Below, one piece after another: positions 6,762 to 11,100 of a DNA stretch of 11,100 bases. Position 1 is the stretch's first letter. The number at the start of each line of letters is the position of its first letter. Origin of the DNA: Abditibacteriaceae bacterium (lineage in GTDB: Bacteria > Armatimonadota > Abditibacteriia > Abditibacteriales > Abditibacteriaceae); the NCBI GenBank assembly GCA_031425655.1, contig JANPJS010000310.1:1-11100 (forward strand), in the 5' to 3' direction. A model generated the notes under the pieces. It was not told where the DNA came from. It saw only the letters and a list, made by a program, of their open reading frames with translations, and made no database searches. Both the position numbers and the translations under genes were made by a program.

Positions 6762-7595
6762 ATGCTTCACTGCGAACATTCAACGGAGCGCCTTGCCATC
6801 TTTCGCGCCGGGCAAAGCGCGCCGCTTTTGGTGCAAAATGCGGCGCCGGATAAACGCCCGTTTATTCATCCGATTTTAGCGCCCGATGGCAACGGCGAAC
6901 TGACCGAAAACGAGCCGGGCCACCATTTGTGGCAGCACGGACTTTATGTGGGCCTGAACGACGTAAACGGCTTCGGTTTCTGGACGGAAGGACTGACCGG
7001 CAGCGAAAAGGACGGCACGTTTCATCCGCAGCCGCTCGCCGCGCCCGAAATGCTGAATAATCGCGCGTCGTGGCAAATCGTCAGCGATTGGCGGGCGCCC
7101 GGCGGCGAAATGTTGCTGACCGAAACGCAAAACTGGACTTTAGAAGACCGAAAAAACACGCTGCAACTGGACGTGACCTGGACATTGAAAGCCGCGCAGG
7201 ACTTGCGTTTTGGCCGCTACGAATACGGCGGCGTATTCTTGCGAATGCCGTGGCGCAGCGAAACGCACGGCGAGGTGCTGACCAGCGAAGGCGCCGATTC
7301 GGTGCACGCCGCCGAAGGCCAACGAGCACGCTGGGCGGCGGTGTCAATGCTGATTCCGGGGCGCGAAAATGGCCCGGCGGGCTTCGCGTTTTTCGATCAT
7401 CCCGGCAACCCAGAATATCCCAATCCGTGGCGGGTAGACGGCAATCTCGGCATTGTGCCCAGCCGTTGCATCGCTGGAGAATGGCATCTTGCAGCGGGCG
7501 CAATTTCCACCAATCGTTATCGTTTGTTGGCGTTTACCGGCGAAATCGCGCGCGATTTCATCGAATCCGAATGGCGCATTTTCGCGCAGAGCTAA
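6762..7595 (+). CDS. PmoA/DUF6807-family protein (277 aa); the family name is a misnomer and this is not particulate methane monooxygenase
   Basis: Start re-called to ATG 6762, 2 bp after the upstream TAA. Motifs KRPFIHPI, PGHHLWQHGLY...DVNGFGFW, YGGVFLRM, FDHPGNPEYPNPW are typical of this soluble family, which commonly lies beside Gfo/Idh/MocA genes. Confidence 0.8.
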   Translation: MLHCEHSTERLAIFRAGQSAPLLVQNAAPDKRPFIHPILAPDGNGELTENEPGHHLWQHGLYVGLNDVNGFGFWTEGLTGSEKDGTFHPQPLAAPEMLNNRASWQIVSDWRAPGGEMLLTETQNWTLEDRKNTLQLDVTWTLKAAQDLRFGRYEYGGVFLRMPWRSETHGEVLTSEGADSVHAAEGQRARWAAVSMLIPGRENGPAGFAFFDHPGNPEYPNPWRVDGNLGIVPSRCIAGEWHLAAGAISTNRYRLLAFTGEIARDFIESEWRIFAQS

Positions 7596-7600
7596 TTTTT

Positions 7601-8635
7601 ATGACTTCAGCTATTGTTGTTCACTCACGTTTCGACTCGGTTTGGCCTTTAGCCGCCGATCACGCACATCGTTTATGGAGCGCGCAAGGGCCGGTCGAAT
7701 TCGTGCGCCTTGCGCCGGGCGACACGCGCTCGACAGGCGAAATTCTTTCCAATCCGGCGAGTATCACGCGCCTGATTGTATTCGGCGTGCCGTTCGGCGA
7801 AGCGTGCCTTGACGCCTTGCCGCAGTTGCGCGAGGCCGTGATTCAGCCGGGCGAATATGGCATTTTGGGCCGGGGCAACTCGCCGCTCGAAGAAACCTGC
7901 AAAGCGCGCGGCGTGCGCCTGATTTCGCACACTTCGGAAGGTTTCTGGGGCCAATCGGTGTCGGAGTTCGGCCTCGCACTGACATTGTGTGGCCTGCGAC
8001 GCATTCCGCAAACGCATCACGAAATTATCAGCAGCCACGAGGCGTGGAATTACAGTCCGCCGAACGGCGTTGGACAAGCGGGCGCTCGCGGGCAGCAGTT
8101 CGGCGACGACGACAATTTCACTTGCGGCACGGTCGAAGGCAAACGTGTGCGGATCGTGGGCGCCGGCAATATCGCCAGCCGCTACGCGAGTTTTGTGAAC
8201 TTCTTAGGCGCCGATGTCGCGGCGTGGGATCCTTTCGCGTCCGAGCCGTGCTTTCATCGCTCCGGTTCGCGCCGCGAATTGCATCTCGATACTTTGGTGC
8301 AGGACGCCGAAATTTTCGCGCCGATGGTGCCTCTTACCGAGAAAACACGCGGGCTGATTACGGCGGCGCATATTGACGCACTACCCAAAGGATGCTTAGT
8401 CGTTTTGGTGACGCGCGCCGATATTTGCGATGTCCCGGCTTTACGCCGCCGCGTTTTAGCCGACGAATTGGCCTTAGCCGCCGATGTTTTCGACGTTGAA
8501 CCGCTGCCGCTTAGCGATCCGTTGCTCGGTCGTCATAACGTGGTTCACACGCCGCACAACGCCGGACGCACACGCCAATCGAACGAACGCTACGCAGAAA
8601 TGCTGCTGGAACAATTCACGCCGTTGACGCGCTGA
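7601..8635 (+). CDS. D-isomer-specific 2-hydroxyacid dehydrogenase family protein, NAD-binding (344 aa)
   Basis: Start re-called to ATG 7601, 5 bp after the upstream TAA. GQSVSEFGLAL, GKRVRIVGAGNIA, WDPF, PLTEKTRGLI, LVTRA (Arg), ADVFDVEP (Glu), HTPHNAG (His). Confidence 0.9.
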   Translation: MTSAIVVHSRFDSVWPLAADHAHRLWSAQGPVEFVRLAPGDTRSTGEILSNPASITRLIVFGVPFGEACLDALPQLREAVIQPGEYGILGRGNSPLEETCKARGVRLISHTSEGFWGQSVSEFGLALTLCGLRRIPQTHHEIISSHEAWNYSPPNGVGQAGARGQQFGDDDNFTCGTVEGKRVRIVGAGNIASRYASFVNFLGADVAAWDPFASEPCFHRSGSRRELHLDTLVQDAEIFAPMVPLTEKTRGLITAAHIDALPKGCLVVLVTRADICDVPALRRRVLADELALAADVFDVEPLPLSDPLLGRHNVVHTPHNAGRTRQSNERYAEMLLEQFTPLTR

Positions 8636-8644
8636 AAAACACGC

Positions 8645-8682
8645 AAAAACGCCCCGCGAAATTTTATTTCGCGGGGCGTTTT
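8645..8682. terminator. Bidirectional intrinsic terminator between convergent genes
   Basis: 17-bp IR AAAACGCCCCGCGAAAT (8646-8662) / ATTTCGCGGGGCGTTTT (8666-8682), between the stops at 8635 (+) and 8698 (-). Confidence 0.9.
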
Positions 8683-8697
8683 GATGGGCCGAGGGTT

Positions 8698-8850
8698 TTA
8701 CACCACTTTCCGGCCACCGAGTAGGTCAATCACAAACAGCACGATTGCAATGACAATTAGCAGATGGATAAACGAGCCGACCGCCTGGCCAAAGCCAACG
8801 AATCCCAAAAGCCACAACACAAGAAGCACCAACGCAATGGTTCTTAACAT
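8698..8850 (-). CDS. lmo0937-family (DUF5670) small membrane protein (50 aa)
   Basis: MLRTIALVLLVLWLLGFVGFGQAVGSFIHLLIVIAIVLFVIDLLGGRKVV has the family signature LWLLG...G.FIHLL..IA; strong AAGGAGG RBS at 8861-8867. Confidence 0.9.
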   Translation of the reverse strand: MLRTIALVLLVLWLLGFVGFGQAVGSFIHLLIVIAIVLFVIDLLGGRKVV

Positions 8851-8910
8851 GATTCTCAGTCCTCCTTGCCGGCTCGCTTTGGAACAGCGCGCTGACACCG
8901 CGCCTCTTTA

Positions 8911-8925
8911 TCAATAACCGTGCCT
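8911..8925 (-). promoter_or_regulatory. Candidate sigma54 (-24/-12) promoter for the lmo0937-family gene
   Basis: Minus strand AGGCACG-GTTA-TTGA versus consensus TGGCACG-N4-TTGC; spacing is correct, with two deviations. Confidence 0.4.
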
Positions 8926-8965
8926 AACTCTGGGCATTTATTAATTCCACTAATAAATTCACGGT

Positions 8966-10729
8966 TTAACGCGCTCCATCAGCGGGCCGCGCGAGGGCGA
9001 TTTTGACTTTGCGACCGCGTAATTTCGTGCGGCGCAAGGCATCAATGACGTTATCGGCTTCCTGCATCGGCACTTCGACATAGGCCGCGCGGTCGAGGAT
9101 ATCAATAGCGCCGATGGCGCGCCCGGAGATGTCGGCTTCGTGCGTGATTGCGCCGACGAGATCGCCGGGACGCAGGCCGTCCTGCCGTCCCATGCCGACG
9201 AAAAGGCGCGCCATGCCCGCTTCGGGCTGTTCGCCGTCGGCGGCCATTTCTTCGGCCATGTCTTCCGAGGAGCTGTGCTGGTTTTGCCACAGCAAATACA
9301 GCGCGGCGGCGGCGACTTCCGACGGATCGAATTCTCCGGCCAGCTCTTCGACAATGGCCAAATGTCCGTCGAACTCGTTTTTTTGCAGCGTTTCGCGCAG
9401 TGATTCCTTGAATTGGTCGCGGCGGCGCGCGGAGATGTCGGCGGCGGTCGGCAGGCGCACCGGCTTAATCGGCGAGCCGATCATTTTTTCGATGTTTTTC
9501 AGTTGGCGGCGTTCGCGGCCTTCGACAAGAGTAATCGCATCGCCGGTGCGCCCGGCGCGGCCTGTGCGGCCAATGCGATGAATATATTGCTCGACATCGA
9601 AGGGAATATCGAAGTTGATAACGTGCGTGACGTGTTCGATGTCCAGTCCTCGCGCGGCCACGTCGGTAGCGACCAGCAAGTCGGACTGGCCTTCGCGGAA
9701 GCGGCGCAGCGTGCGTTCGCGTTCCGGCTGGCTCATGTCGCCGTGAATCGCTTCGGAACTATATCCCCGCAAACGCAGCGCTTCGGAGAGATCGTGCGTT
9801 TCCTGTCGAGTGCGGCAAAAAACGATGGTTGGGCCGGGCGTTTCCATGTCGAGAATGCGCGCCAGAGCGTCCAGTTTTTTGCCGGGCGCGACTTCGTAAT
9901 ACGCTTGGTTGGTGGTTTCCAGCGTGCGCTGCTTCGATTCGATGGAAACGCGCGCCGGATCGCGCAAAAACTTCTTCATGAGCGCCACGACGCGCGGCGG
10001 CATGGTGGCCGAAAAGAACGCAGTTTGGCGCTCGGCAGGCAGTTCCGCGAGAATAGCTTCGATGTCTTCGAGAAAGCCCAAAGTCAGCATTTCGTCGGCT
10101 TCGTCAAGCACGCAAAACGAGACTTCGTCTAAGATTAACGAGCCGCGCCGAATATGATCTTGCACGCGGCCCGGCGTGCCGACGACGATTTGCGCGCCGC
10201 CACGCAGCGCGCGAATCTGGCGGTCAATCGGCTGGCCCCCGTAAATCGGCACTACGCGCAGGCCGGTAAACTTCGCCAAATCGTAAATGCCGCCCGCGAC
10301 TTGCACGGCTAATTCGCGAGTCGGCGCCAAAACTAAGGCTTGTGTGTTCAGGCGCGAAGCATCGAGTTTTTGAATCAGCGGCAGCGCGAACGCCGCCGTT
10401 TTGCCGGTTCCGGTTTGCGCCTGCCCGATCATGTCGCGCCCGGCCAGCAAAACGGGGACGGAGCGCGCTTGAATTGGCGTCGGCGTCTCGAAACCCATCG
10501 CGGTAATAGCGCGTGCGATGGGTTCGGACAAACCGAGTTCGGCGAAAGTCGGCAATTCAACCGCTTCGAGCGATTCTTCGACCTCAACGGGCACGGGCGG
10601 CTCATTTTTCTCGACGAAAAACGGCGGCTTCGATGGTTTCGCAGGTTTTTTCGATTTTCCGAAGGGTTTGTCGAACGGTTTCTTGACTTTTTTCTTGAAG
10701 TCGGTCGGGCTTTTTGGTTTTTTGGGCAT
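8966..10729 (-). CDS. deaD: DEAD-box ATP-dependent RNA helicase, DeaD/CsdA type with C-terminal DbpA-like RNA-binding domain (587 aa)
   Basis: Q motif GFETPTPIQ, AQTGTGKT, PTRELA, TPGR, DEAD, SAT, HGDMSQ, ATDVAARGLD, YIHRIGRTGRAG, C-terminal RLFVGMGRQDGLRPGDLVGAI. Start re-called to ATG 10729 with GGAGAAG RBS at 10732-10738. Confidence 0.93.
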   Translation of the reverse strand: MPKKPKSPTDFKKKVKKPFDKPFGKSKKPAKPSKPPFFVEKNEPPVPVEVEESLEAVELPTFAELGLSEPIARAITAMGFETPTPIQARSVPVLLAGRDMIGQAQTGTGKTAAFALPLIQKLDASRLNTQALVLAPTRELAVQVAGGIYDLAKFTGLRVVPIYGGQPIDRQIRALRGGAQIVVGTPGRVQDHIRRGSLILDEVSFCVLDEADEMLTLGFLEDIEAILAELPAERQTAFFSATMPPRVVALMKKFLRDPARVSIESKQRTLETTNQAYYEVAPGKKLDALARILDMETPGPTIVFCRTRQETHDLSEALRLRGYSSEAIHGDMSQPERERTLRRFREGQSDLLVATDVAARGLDIEHVTHVINFDIPFDVEQYIHRIGRTGRAGRTGDAITLVEGRERRQLKNIEKMIGSPIKPVRLPTAADISARRRDQFKESLRETLQKNEFDGHLAIVEELAGEFDPSEVAAAALYLLWQNQHSSSEDMAEEMAADGEQPEAGMARLFVGMGRQDGLRPGDLVGAITHEADISGRAIGAIDILDRAAYVEVPMQEADNVIDALRRTKLRGRKVKIALARPADGAR

Positions 10730-10794
10730 ATCTTCTCCGGCGATCAGCCTTTTGAAGAAGACCATGCGCCCGTTGATTTTACGAGTCACTAAGT

Positions 10795-11100
10795 ATAGCT
10801 GCTGAAGCGTTTTGGCTTTCGAGCACTGAACCAGCCGCTTCACCTGTTTTGCTTTTTAGAGCGTCTAAAGAAATAAACCACTGATGAATCCGCCCAGAGG
10901 GCACCCGATAAACACGGATGACAAGCGATTTTGCCTTGTGCTGACAAAGGCACAAGGCAAAATCAACAAATCAAAATCCGTGTCCATCGGGTGCCCTCTG
11001 GGCGGATTCATCAGCGGTTTATTTCTTTAGACGCTCTAAAAAGAAAAACGGGTGAAGCGGCTGGTTCAGTGCTCGAAAGCCAAAACGCTTCAGCAGCTAT
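10795..11100. mobile_element. Long nested palindromic element (>=306 bp; may continue past the window edge), MITE-like and non-coding
   Basis: Arms 10795-10919 and 10976-11100 are reverse complements over 125 bp with 5 mismatches and no indels; central perfect 15-bp IR GATTTTGCCTTGTGC (10927-10941 / 10950-10964) with an 8-nt loop. Confidence 0.8.

Noticed and set aside
6762..7595. Particulate methane monooxygenase subunit A
   Set aside because: Soluble protein with no transmembrane helices and no pmoB/pmoC neighbours; only the family label is shared
7070..7600. Arg-rich N-terminal extension of the 521-aa ORF
   Set aside because: Alternative-frame read of the DUF6807 gene; the real start is ATG 7601
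9413..10132. 239-aa plus-strand ORF and other antisense/overlapping ORFs (e.g. 5473-6174, 4833-5384, 5483-6010)
   Set aside because: Shadow ORFs of well-supported genes in GC-rich DNA, with no recognisable motifs
10730..10843. N-terminal extension of the helicase ORF
   Set aside because: It starts within the palindrome; a better RBS precedes ATG 10729
10795..11100. Known ncRNA/riboswitch or integron attC site
   Set aside because: Near-perfect long DNA symmetry without a recognisable RNA-family motif; no RYYYAAC/GTTRRRY core-site pair at the visible ends and no cassette context

Overview
Bacterial chromosomal window of roughly 55-60% GC; the lineage cannot be fixed from sequence alone, and Armatimonadota/Abditibacteriota is only a guess. 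Seven CDSs are supported. (1) A ~1342-aa secreted multidomain surface/adhesin-like protein (signal peptide, Pro linker, Big_2, SLREA motif, beta-helix-like region, Calx-beta, two ~133-aa C-terminal repeats). (2) A divergent putative sugar/glycoside-catabolism locus: a Gfo/Idh/MocA oxidoreductase on the minus strand, and on the plus strand a GH109-like Gfo/Idh/MocA protein, a PmoA/DUF6807-family protein and a D-2-hydroxyacid dehydrogenase. (3) A 50-aa lmo0937-family membrane protein. (4) A DeaD/CsdA-type DEAD-box RNA helicase. The most striking non-coding feature is the density of non-autonomous palindromic elements: a REPIN-like doublet with G-quadruplex-type arms whose copies bracket the large surface-protein gene (1-33 and 4187-4337), a 127-bp palindrome in the divergent promoter region (5476-5602), and a >=306-bp nested palindrome (10795-11100+) with 125-bp arms at 96% identity. 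The last two share an inner GACACGGATTT motif. No transposase is encoded in the window.
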